From assembly GCF_037042905.1 (NCBI RefSeq), contig NC_087252.1:8620001-8684000 (forward strand): DNA of 64,000 nt, written 5' to 3'. Positions 14,051 to 24,960 of this stretch are shown here, piece by piece. Position numbers and translations under genes: made by a program. Each line of letters starts with the position of its first letter. Within the stretch, counting starts at the first letter, position 1. This DNA comes from Lytechinus pictus. Taxonomy: Eukaryota. The notes under the pieces are model-generated. The model was given only the letters and a program-made list of their open reading frames with translations, had not been told where the DNA came from and did not search any database.

Positions 14051-16378
14051 AATTCATGGCGGTCATTTTGCCGAAACCGGTGGTTACATTGCTGGTGGCC
14101 GGCAAAAATCAATGCCACGTACTTCTGTTTGCCAAAGTTTGGTGTCGTATATAATGTGAAATCCAAGAAAATTATTTTGATATGGTTTTTCATGGCAGCC
14201 ATCTTGCCGCTGAACTGATGGTCAGATCACTTATGGCTGGCAATATTTGAAATCAGCACCCAAAAATAGGTACGCTATTTGCCAAAGTTCAGAGCACATG
14301 TAAAATAAAAGAAAATTATTTTTAGTGATTCTCATGGCGGTCATCTTAGATTTCAAGATGGCGCGGCTGACCTGGTGGTAAGACTATTTGAAATCAGTGC
14401 CTCAAAATACCCCTACATGCCAAATTTTAGTGTCACATATCATGTAAAACTAAGAAAATGACATTTAATGATTTTTCATGGCGGCCATCTTGGATTTCAA
14501 AATGGCGGCCGACCCGATGGTCAAATCACTTGGGGCCGGCAATATTTGAATTCAGCACCCCGAATTAAGCCTATATGCCCAATTTCAGTGTCACATATGT
14601 AAAACTCAAGAAAATGAAATTTAATGATTTTTCATGGCGGCCATCTTGGATTTCAAAATGGCGGCCATTTAGCCGCCGACCAAATGGTCAAATTGCTGGG
14701 GGCTGGCAATATTTGAAATCAGTGCCTAAAAATACCCCAACATACCAAATTTCAGTGTCACACGTCATGTAAAACTCAAGAAAGTGACATTAATGATTTC
14801 TCATGGCGGCCATCTTGGATTTCAAAATGGCGGCCGACCCGATGGTCAAATCACTTGGGGCTGGCAATATTTGAAATCAGCACCCCAAATTATGCCTATA
14901 TGCCAAATTTCAATACCGCAGTTCCTATAAAACTCGAGAAAATGATTGCAATAATATATCATGGCGGCCATCTTGGATTTCAAGATGGCGGCCATTTAGC
15001 CGCCGACCAAATGGTCAAATTGCTGGGGGCCGGCAATATTTGAAATAAGTGCCTCAAAATACCCCTATATGCCAAATTTCAGTGTCACATGACATGTAAA
15101 ACTCAAGAAATTGACATTTAATGATTTTTCATGGCGGCCATCTTGGATTTCAAAATGGCGGCCGACCCGATGGTCAAATCGCTTGGGGCCGGCAATTTTT
15201 TAAATCAGCGCCCAAAAATACACCTGTAGGCCAAATTTCACACTTTCTGCCAGATTCGAGCATCTTTTTCACATATCTACTGGACTATATGGGTTAAGAA
15301 AGACAGTCCGAAAGTAAAAGAGATAGTGTGGGGGTAAGGAAATGCAGTGTGAAAGCATATTAGAGGCCATTCTGAGCCACTATTTTCTAAACTACTAAAA
15401 TAGGCCTCGGAAAAACGCAAATCATAGTGATGTCATTTGCATTCTTTTCTACTGAAGTGAACTCTGAGTCTGAGGAGATGGAAGCATACATACACAGAAT
15501 GGTATCTATTCCTGAGAGGTAGATTTTCATTATGAAACATGCTGAATAAATTTTGATTCTTAAAAACATGATCCATGATGGTAATTTGTTATTTAGAACT
15601 ACATGTACTTGGTAACCATCATTTTATTGTGTGTTATAACGGTATGAACACATGTAGAGGGCCAAATTGCTGTTCTTTTAATACAGAATGACTGACTGGT
15701 ATTTGAAACTTGAGAAAATAATCCAAGCTTTGGATCAGGTTTGAGCTCGTGCAGGACCAATATCTCTGGTCACTTGCAAGCTCAAATATCTACAAACACA
15801 AGCAGAATACTCCTGGTTTAGAATTTCAATGGGTTGATACCCTTGAACTAGAGCAAATCCACCGATTGGGATGTTAAATCTTGAAGCACGCAATGTGACC
15901 AAAGTCAAGGGGAATCTATGATGGGATTCTGTGATTGGTTCCTGGATTCAGGGCGATTTGTTGTGTGGGGAGGGGGTGGTTTGGGCCTGTTATTGAATTG
16001 TTGCCTTATATTTTCTGAGGCATTTCCAATCTGAGCGATAAAAGGGATGGCATTTTCATTCCATTCAACCTCCTATCATATGCCTTTAATTTAATGGACA
16101 CCTTTATTTTCTGTGAGGAACAAAACACACAGAGTGGGTATTGAGGCAAATCAAAAGGGTATCCATGGCCTCTGATGGCCTTAGATCTTCCCTGATCCCC
16201 CCCCCCCCCCCCTAGAGCTGGAATTGATTGCTGCAAAGCTTGAGCTAGGATCTTGCTAGCAAAAACATGTACTGTACTTACATGTAGTGTCAACATGTAA
16301 GCCTACATGTACATGTAGATGTTGTCTTTGAAAGCTCTTGTTTATAGGCAGCATAAAGACATTTTATTATTATTTTAA

Positions 16379-16977
16379 AGGTCAAGTCCACCCCAGAAAA
16401 ATGTTGATTTGAATAAATAGAGAAAAATCAAACTACCATAATGCTGAAAATTTCATCAAAATTGGATGTAAAATAAGAAAGTTATGGTATTTTAAAGTTT
16501 TGCTTTTTTTCACAAAACAGTGATATGCACAACTCAGTGACATGCAAATGAGTTTATATTCGATGATGTCCATAACTCACTATTTCTTTTGTTTTTTATT
16601 GTTTGAATTACACAATATTTCATTTTTTACAGATTAGACGATGAGGACAAATTTGACTGAACCATATATTAGGCAATATTAATTCCACATGTTTAGGGAG
16701 GAATTAATCATTGTTTCACTTGACAATGAGAACAAAATTAGAATATTTCATATATCATATGAAATACAAAAGAAATAGTGAGTGGATGACGTCATCAGTC
16801 TCCTCATTTGCATACTGACCAGGATGTGCATATAACTGTTTTGTGAAATTAAGCAAAACTTTAAAATGTCATAACTTTCTTATTTTACATCCGATTTTGC
16901 TGAAATTTTCAGAGTTATGCTTGTTTGATTTTTCTCCTTTTATTCAAACCCACTTTCTGTTGGGGTGGACTTGTCCT
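16379..16977 (+). mobile_element. Kolobok-like MITE family A, copy 1
   Basis: TTAA|AGGTCAAGTCCACCCCA...TGGGGTGGACTTGTCCT|TTAA; long imperfect inverted arms. Confidence 0.85.
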
Positions 16978-19341
16978 TTAACAATCTGTTTAATAGTGTT
17001 CTTAAAGCATACAAAGTTGCTAGAGCCAGCCACCAGCTACACAGAGTTGCAAGGGTGTGGTGGAGGTACACCGAGGGACACATTCAGAAGCTTTGTTGTA
17101 AAGGGTGATGAATTTTAAATTATGATAAGCTTGAAAAGTAATTACCTGCGTAGGGACAAATCATATACCCTACCATGTGGATTTTTCGTCAAGCGCTGCA
17201 TCTGACAGAGTACATGTACTTCTTCATTTCCCCGTTCTGTTTATATTCAAGGTTGTCGCAATACCTGCTCACATTGTTCAGCTTACGAATAAGTGCTGAA
17301 TGTGCCAGAATGCATGATGAATGAAAATTATTCTGTTCATGAACATTTTGATTTTTATGTTTGTGATGGACTGTATTCTGAGAGTACGGTATGATATATT
17401 TGCTCATTCGCGAGCCTGGTCTTAAATTTATATTTTGGTCGTGCTCATAGTGGTCAGGGTCCTATTTTTGTATATATACATGTACATGTATGTTTTATTG
17501 AAATCAACATAATTACATGTTCCAAGATTGGAATGATTACCGGGGTAAAAATAAGTACAAAACGCAAAAGATAATAAAGAAAAAATGGTAAGGCATAGAA
17601 AAAAGCAATGATTATCAGTGATTCTAAAAAAATAGGCAGTAAGAGAAACTGACATTGACTTTTTTCAGTTAAATTATTCAACACTATTCAAAGAGTGTAC
17701 TTTAGGTCTGTACCTTTTGCATATCTATACATGTACATGTATGTCTGTAGGCCTACAAGTACACAAACACATTCTCACAGTATTTGAAAACATTCAGTTT
17801 TAAAAGAATGGAGAAAGAGTCTATGATATCTTTCGAGGCACAGGCGAATTCCATCCCCATGGACAATAGTCTGAACACAGGGAAAGGTGGGTTTTCAATC
17901 ATGAAAAAGAAAAATCACGGAAAATTGATACACCAGCTGATATCAAAGCATAGTATTATTGGCCTACACTGTAGATTGTCATCCTTCTGCATAATATTTT
18001 GCGTTCCTGTTCTGTACAATGCATTTTCTGAAACAAGTTTACCATCAGCCAATCAGAGAGTTCAGGATTTCGGTAGCTTTTATCTCCTATTGTAAAATTG
18101 TTATCATAACAACTTTTATGAAACAGGGCCCAGATGTGATATGCATCACAAACAGACCCGCTCCAATGTAGATGTAGCTGTTTGGTGTACACCAATAAAT
18201 GGTCTGTACTGACCGCACAGAAACGTTGTTAGCGCTATACAATGCACTATACACTGAGGCCCTGTTACAACCGGTAATTTGACAGCAATGCCTAATGTTA
18301 CAATGCATTACTTAATACACATTGAAATTAATGTTTTGACTTCACAGTCCGAAAGATGTGACTGGGCTTCCTGTTAGGCTAACAATGTTTCTGCGCGGCC
18401 GGCACTGGTTTACAATTAACATTGATATTTGATATTTCTCTGAAAGCAATCTTCATTCTTTTTAACAAGCTTTATTAAACAATAGTTCGATTGAAAAACT
18501 GTCTTTTTCCTTCAATTCTCTTTTCTCAGCAATTCACAAATGGGTCTCTATACACTGGTCCCACAAGTACCACTTAGAAACCATTATTGAATTTGAACCC
18601 TTGTGCTTCTCAGTTTACAGGCAATTGGAGTATCAAGAGGCTGGAGATTTATGAAGCAGAAGAAACTTTCAGTCATGACATTGTTCTAGGGAGTCAATTG
18701 GAGGATAAATCTCTCTTAAATGTTTTGGCTTGGAGTGATCATGCTCAATTGCAAACTGGGTTCAATTGTCTTTTTAGTAGAATACAGTTGATACCTTCTC
18801 TTTTTTTCTGATTCCCTTGTGATTAATAGATCAAAAGCACCGCTTCTACACTCATACAAGCTTGCCAGAAGCTTAACAAAACTTTGTTGAACATTATTTT
18901 ACATACTAAAATAATTGTGTATTTCATATTTTCCCTCCTGGTACAACTTCTCCATTATTAAAAGGAGAAAATGATCATCTTTTTTGGTACAAAATTTGTC
19001 TGATGTTGTGTGATGGTAGAAAAATCATTTGGTGTACAATAAAAATTTGTATATTTCTGCTTGAATTTTAACTTTTCCCCCAGAAACATGTTTTTCAATG
19101 ATGATTTTTGATAGTTACATGTAAGAGTACAGTCAAGCAATTTGTTTGTTGTTACAAATTCTGAAGGTTTTCTTTTTCAAAATGCAAACTTAAATTCCTG
19201 TGAACAAAACTTCATTATTTTTTCATTGCTTTTGAAAATAATCTTTATTATATATCACACAGGGTGCTCTGTATTTGATGAAGGAGAACTGTTCCACTCC
19301 CTGCAACAACCGCAGTATCGGAGAGCAGAACACTTGTTACC

Positions 19342-19425
19342 ATGACAACGAGGGCATCACCGGTGCAGCATCATCGAGGTCGAGGTGGTGGAAAGGAAGG
19401 ATCTAACTCTTGGGAAGAATGGACA
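19342..19425 (+). CDS. DIXDC1: Probable first coding segment of the DIXDC1-like gene (MTTRASPVQHHRGRGGGKEGSNSWEEWT); exon 19263-19425
   Basis: Acceptor ...tatatcacacAG at 19261-62; in-frame TGA at 19279; accATG context; 28 codons then perfect donor GTAAGT at 19426, phase 0, joining in frame to QQLQAY at 63394. Confidence 0.7.
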
Positions 19426-19628
19426 GTAAGTTTTCATTTTTCAAAGAAAATGAAGCTGATTTTCAGCGCTAGTTTTTGCCATTTATTGGAGGAAACCTTC
19501 ATTATCTTACAAAATCAGAGGCTCACTTCAGCATTGGAGCTAAAACTATGGTAGCTTTGCCATTTTGGCAATTACCATGGTAACAGGGCTTAATAGTAGC
19601 CAATCACAATCAAGGCTTCTATGGCAGT

Positions 19629-19800
19629 TATGAAACATGCACCAGGGCTCCCGTTGCGTAAAAGTTACCATTATAACTTTGCCATCCAAGGTGACTTGTA
19701 TGGAATCCTTGATTCTGATTGGTTGTTGATCATCGTTACCATGGTAGTTACCATTGGATGGCAAAGTTACCATAATAGTAACTTGTATGCAACGGGGCTT
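19629..19800. mobile_element. Palindromic MITE of the 'agccaatca' family (relatives at ~1530-1660, 3048-3187, 18040-18132, 28612-28772, 31141-31292, 58765-58900)
   Basis: ccgttgcgtaaaagttaccattataactttgccatccaa ... ttggatggcaaagttaccataatagtaacttgtatgcaacgg fold-back; shared core agccaatca(g)aatcaagga. Confidence 0.65.
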
Positions 19801-20159
19801 AGATTGGTTTTCAGTTTTGGGATGAACTTTACAGTGTAGTTGCGAAGTTGTTCCAAGTAGGTTGAGATCAACCTACTCTTTTCAACTCTTTTACATTTGT
19901 CATTGTTTTGTTAATTTTGTTTAATCCTGTCTTTGATTTTTAAAAATAACTTGTTTTATTTATTGTCTCTGGATATTGAATTATGGATTTTTTAATTTTA
20001 TTTGAAGTCCCTTTTTTCACTTTTGTTCTCTAGGTTTCTTTATTTGACTGTCTACATATACATGTACTGTACAATATGTAGGCCCTAAATGTAGGTCCTT
20101 TAACTTTCCCTTCAGGTCTGTAGGCCTACATGTATATGAAGGCTTACACGTTATACCGT

Positions 20160-20358
20160 GGTTTTTTATCTGACTGCTAAGAAAGCACAAATGCCTGTGA
20201 GCAAGCAACTGGGGGACCAACGGCTTAAGGTTCCCTCCGAGGGACCTGGTAATGAGGATAAATGCCTTACCAAAGGGCACTAGCGCACCACTTGGGAATC
20301 GAACCCGGGTCACCAGAATCCAAAACCCCCGCTCTACCGACTGAGCTATCGCGCCTCC
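20160..20358 (-). mobile_element. tRNA-derived SINE family 1, copy 1
   Basis: Minus strand reads GGAGGCGCGATAGCTCAGTCGG (A box)...GGTTCGATTCC (B box) then non-tRNA body gcgctagtgccctttggtaaggc; homologous to 62018-62198. Confidence 0.85.
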
Positions 20359-20878
20359 TAAATTTTGATGTTTGAGTTTTTAATTGTTTACATTTGTTTG
20401 TCTGTGTTAGATATAGTTCATAACTTGTTGATGAATTAAACCCTGAATTGATGAATTTAAACACCTGTATGTGCTCAGGAAAGACAGGGGATGGGGTGGA
20501 TACCGCATAATTTTATTTTTGAGATTGCGTGCATGGAGTGTTCCCATATTCCCTTGCCTGGCTCAATAAATGGGATGAAAAATGAGGCCAATCTCTCATC
20601 ACATGATCACAAGTGGTGAAACATGATGATGAAGAACACCTGTGCTAGAAACATTCAAGTATTTCAACTCTGGTCATGGATACACTGCCCCTCCCTGTAC
20701 CCTCTCAACTATGTGTTCGAAGTGCATTTACATGATGTAGGCATAGTGTACATTCTACAAAAAATTCAACACACCTTTAATATTTACTTGTATCCAGCTT
20801 TTTTAATATCTTCGTGATTCAGGAAAGCCTATATTTTTACTTCTGGTATAAAACATTGATCTTAATTTTTAAGTCCAT

Positions 20879-21044
20879 CTGGGGGCCGTTTCATAAAGCT
20901 GTTGGTAAGTTAAGAACGACTGGTGATCCTTTCTTGTTGTAAATGGTATATTGAATTGGCAATGGTTTAGCGCGTAATAAGGGTTCACCAGTCGTTCTTA
21001 AAGTCACTCTTAACTTACGAACAGCTTTATGAAACGGCCCCCAG
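20879..21044. mobile_element. Palindromic Harbinger-like MITE
   Basis: CTGGGGGCCGTTTCATAAAGCTGTT / AACAGCTTTATGAAACGGCCCCCAG inverted ends. Confidence 0.8.
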
Positions 21045-21701
21045 GTTTAATTTTTAGGACATTGTATTGAAGCCTACATCCTACAAAAATAAAAAGTCAT
21101 CTACATGTAATCCAGCATATTTGATTGTGTTCTAAACAGGCAAACAAAATATTTCGGGGGGGGGGGGGGGGGGGGGGCTCTTTTTCGAACCTAGTGGCTA
21201 AATCTGCAACATTGGAGAAACTTTTACATCGCAGTGAATGGGAATTTTCCTGGGCTCTTTTTTATTTTCCATGTCCTTTTTTTAGCATTTCATGGGTGAC
21301 ATCGCCCCCAGCCTCCATGTATATTTTCCCTGGTTCTAATCTAACCATAGTGTAGGCCTAGGCCTTTATTTTCATGACTGAGTGACACTCTTGAACTACC
21401 TGTAAACATGGTTGAAAATGTCTGTGAAAATTGCGTTTTTGTTTTAAAAATATGATTGAACTTTGCCTTTTATGAATGGGTACATGTACTTGTCCCTATA
21501 TGTACACAGCTAGAGAAGAGACAAGTTTGTTCTGTAGGCACAGACCCTGATTGAAACTTTGATCAGCAAGTGGGTCGTGAAGCATTCAGGTCTATTCACA
21601 AGTTCCAGCCAGGGAATTTCAGACTGCATATATTCAGACCGCATTTCTTGAGCGAGTGAATGTTCGTACCGTACAGCAAACTACAGGACTGTAGACAGAT
21701 T

Positions 21702-21801
21702 GGTTTATTATTTGCCAATTCGTCCAATTGCCAACTCGTCTACTATCATTTGGTCTACCATCAGTTCGTCCACTCACCACATGGTCTACTTTCATTTAGT
21801 C
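21702..21801. mobile_element. Arm fragment of a minisatellite-armed foldback MITE (same family as 62275-62669)
   Basis: ccaattcgtccaattgccaactcgtctactatcatttggtctaccatcagttcgtccactcaccacatggtcta is the reverse complement of ~62570-62665. Confidence 0.75.
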
Positions 21802-22369
21802 TCGGGGTCGGAATTACACGGGGGCGATGGGCGATTTTGCCCCCATGACAGCCCAAATCGCCCCTAAAAATTCTCAAAACCCAATGCTTTGGGGCGACTA
21901 TTTATTTCAGAATTGCCCCAATAAAATACCATCGACAATGTAAATAATACTTCACATAATTACGTTCTCCGGCGGCGGAGCAAGCGCATCTTTTATATCG
22001 CCCTTGCCAGCTTTAAGTAACGGTCGATGCAATATCCGAACCTTCCGTAACACCGGAAGCTTCGCGATAGTAAATAAACGCGCAATGCAATATGGGATGC
22101 GGAGTACGCATAGTCTTTAGCACGGGGTTTCTAGAAATGTTGACGCACTTGCCGCATGGCTTATGTACATGTAAGCGTGCACGATTAGACTGCACAGCTG
22201 GTAACGAGACCACGTGCATCGTACGGTATATTATGTGTACTAGGCATATATGCACAGAATTGTATGCGATCAGCTGGTGATTGTGACAGCGCTGATTATC
22301 GACATCGTCGAGTCGGAGTGCGAGAAGGATAAGTTTCTAAAATCGAGTTCAACCTGGCTCTGCCAAAAG

Positions 22370-22705
22370 GCCAGAGCCAGAAGCCTCTCCAAATCGAGAT
22401 ACTGTTGAGAAGGATAAGCCAAAAAAGAAACAGTACTGTACAGAAACAATCGACAATAAAGTCTTGGGGCCTCGATTGGCTCGAATCTGAAGTGTGTGAA
22501 GCTGAAGGCGACTCTGGTGCACTAGCGTACCTACGGGCGGGGGGGGGGGGGGGGGGGGGGGGGAGTCACAACCCATGCACTTTTTTTTTTTTTTTTTGGC
22601 TTGTCAATTTTTTTTCTGGTACAAAATCCTATATTATTACGCCACTGCTCTGGTGGGATCACTGTTGTTTATTGTAAAGCCTGTAGGCACAGTAATTACA
22701 GTTAA
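22370..22705 (+). pseudogene. Decayed N-terminus of a hAT-type (ZNF862-like, TTF/BED zinc finger) transposase within a hAT-like 5' fragment starting ~21802
   Basis: Removing the 22520-22647 MITE and one TSD gives STVQKQSTIKSWGLDWLESEVCEAEGDSGGITVVYCKACRHSNYS*, i.e. W-x3-WL...CxxC; upstream EKDKPKKK is in another frame. Family call is from motif recognition only. Confidence 0.55.
22520..22647. mobile_element. Small hAT-like MITE
   Basis: TIR CACTAGCGTA / TACGCCACTG; perfect 8-bp TSD CTCTGGTG (22512-19 / 22648-55). Confidence 0.85.
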
Positions 22706-22788
22706 AAATGTTCTGAGCTTTTAGGCATCACATTGAGTTTCGGAATGTCAAAAGGTAATTGCTGATATGCGATATGCGAGGGTATTAA

Positions 22789-23683
22789 AGGGATGGTCCG
22801 GGCTGAAAATATTTATATCTAAATACATAGGCCTGTATTCTGAAGTCAGGTTTAACATAGACCATGGTCTAACTCTGTGCTAAAATTATGGGAAGCCAAG
22901 AGTGTCAAAATTTTTATTAAGTTGTATGTTTCTTATGTTTGCTGTGCTCTTTCCTGATTCATCGAAGGTGAAGACAATCATCTATTCATACTTCCTAGAC
23001 AATTATGAATGATTTAAGAGCCAAATGAGCTGAAAGATGATATCTCTACCATTAGTGATTTATGTAACAATTGGCTATCCATACTTAAACCACAACTTTA
23101 AACCTGAGTTTAAGTTAAACCCGATTTCAGAATACGAGCCATTTAGTAAAATTCACAGTGCAAAATGCTAAAAATTTCATCAAAATCGGAGAACAATTTA
23201 CGAAGTTATTGAATTTTAATTTATCAATATTTTGTGAAAACAGTTATATGCACATCGTCATGAATGTTCATTTGGTGGGCTGATGATGCCACTTCCCCAC
23301 TTTCCTTTTTCTTATAAATGTTATTACATGAAATCATAAATGTTTAATTTTTTTCATACATGTGTAAATGATGTGTCTCCATTATGATGAAATAAGTTGT
23401 GGCAATAAATAACTAATGCAATCAGTTGTCAATCCAATTGTTTTAGTTCTTGGTAGAAAAATGTTGAATAAACCTAATTTCATATAATAAAATACAAAAG
23501 AACAAGTGGGGATATGACATCATCAGCCCACCTAATGAATATTCATAAAGACGTGCCTAGAACTGTTTCACCGGAATAATGCAAATCTTTAGAATTCAAT
23601 AACTTTGTTATTATCCGATTTTGATCGAAATTTCAGCAATTTGCTCTGTGAATTTTACCCTATTTCCAGCCTGGACCATCCCT
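22789..23683. mobile_element. Kolobok-like MITE family B with nested Harbinger-like MITE (~22829-23141)
   Basis: TTAA|AGGGATGGTCC...GGACCATCCCT; nested element has inverted ends ggcctgtattctgaagtcaggtttaac / gttaaacccgatttcagaatacgagcc. Confidence 0.8.
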
Positions 23684-24661
23684 AAAATGTTCACGAGCAG
23701 TGTTGATTATTCTGAGATCCATATGAAAAACCAAAAAAAACGAACACAGAATAAAAAATCATACTGTACATTTATTTAAATTCATTATTGAGATTTGATT
23801 CAATTTTATCATTTTTGGATTGATAATTATTTAATGGTGTTGTTTGATTTCAAGAATTCAAGGCTGAAACTCTTTCTCATCAACATACTTACATGTATGT
23901 ACAGGAATTGTAGCACGTACTGTATAACAAGTTCGTCGTGAATTTGAAATAGGTCCAGATTAGCTTCTGTGGTACAACTTGTTTTAACAAGCACATTGTG
24001 AATATTTGCCTAGTGTGTGTGAAGCATTTTTTTTCTATTTGGTATTTTGTATTATCATACATCAGACAGGTATAGACCCAGCATTCATGTACATGTAGGC
24101 CCTACATGTACATGTACATATAGTTTGATGTATTCCAGCAATTGTAGAAACCAGAGAAATGTTCAAAACTGGATGCTCTCAATTACAGAGAAAGATAGCC
24201 ATCTGCAGGACAGTAGGTCTCTTGTTGAAGAGGATGCATTTTGTGAACTTTGAACAGGGGAAACAAAGCACATTGCAGGTGATTAAATAAATGGATTTAT
24301 AGTGTTTTCATTATGAGGAAAGCCAGGTTGGACTTTGATCAAATATGTTGCCATGGTAACCACTACAGTGTTTACGCTAGACTACATGTACCAGAGGAAG
24401 CTTCATGTCTTTATGAATAGTACACAGATCAAAGCTCGGTTCTGTGTGCATTTCAAGGAAAACTTGTCTGTTTTGAAATCCCGGATGTGATCATCTGAAA
24501 AGTAGTCCCAGTGACTGGACACATGTACATGTATGTCTGGATGAGAGTGTCTACATTATTGTAATATCTGTATCAGATTGAAGAAATTTGATTGAAGACA
24601 TAATATCTTCATGAACTGATCAGTCGGTGTTGCCTCTTCAATTGTAGAGTAGGCTACCTTG

Positions 24662-24960
24662 CATTCCTTTTTCTCTTTGCATTCTTTCTTCCATCTATTC
24701 CATTCTTTCTTCCTTCCCTCTGCTCCTTCCATCCTTCTTTCCTTTTAATAATACTTTGTTCCTCTTTCCTTTCTTTATCCCTTCCTTTCATCCTCTCTTC
24801 CTTCTTTTGCTTCCTTCAGTTCTCTTCCTTCCTTTCTTCCTTCCCTTTCTTGTTTGCATCCTCCCTTTCTCCACAGCCCAGTTCTCCTTCCCTGTAATAC
24901 CCCTCCCTCTTTTGCCTTCCCCAGACCATCTTGCTCTCAAACCCCACCAAGTCACCCCCT
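24662..24960. repeat. Polypyrimidine low-complexity tract
   Basis: CT-rich degenerate (CTTT/CCTT)n sequence. Confidence 0.85.

Larger units (their letters stand above)
10628..15287. mobile_element. Academ-like non-autonomous foldback transposon with long modular inverted arms
   Basis: Termini TAGT...ACTA, 3-bp TSD TAT (10625-27 / 15288-90); left arm ~10628-11230 and right arm ~14050-15287 are reverse complements built from ~145-170-bp tandem units; no transposase ORF seen. Confidence 0.85.

Noticed and set aside
14400..15250. Regular repeats resembling a CRISPR array or repeat-protein ORFs (10560-10872, 14575-15043)
   Set aside because: Units are ~150-bp tandem repeats without unique spacers, inside transposon arms; eukaryotic context and no cas genes.
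20270..20358. tRNA gene-like A and B boxes (also 62018, 33824)
   Set aside because: No convincing cloverleaf or terminator; each continues into a shared SINE body.
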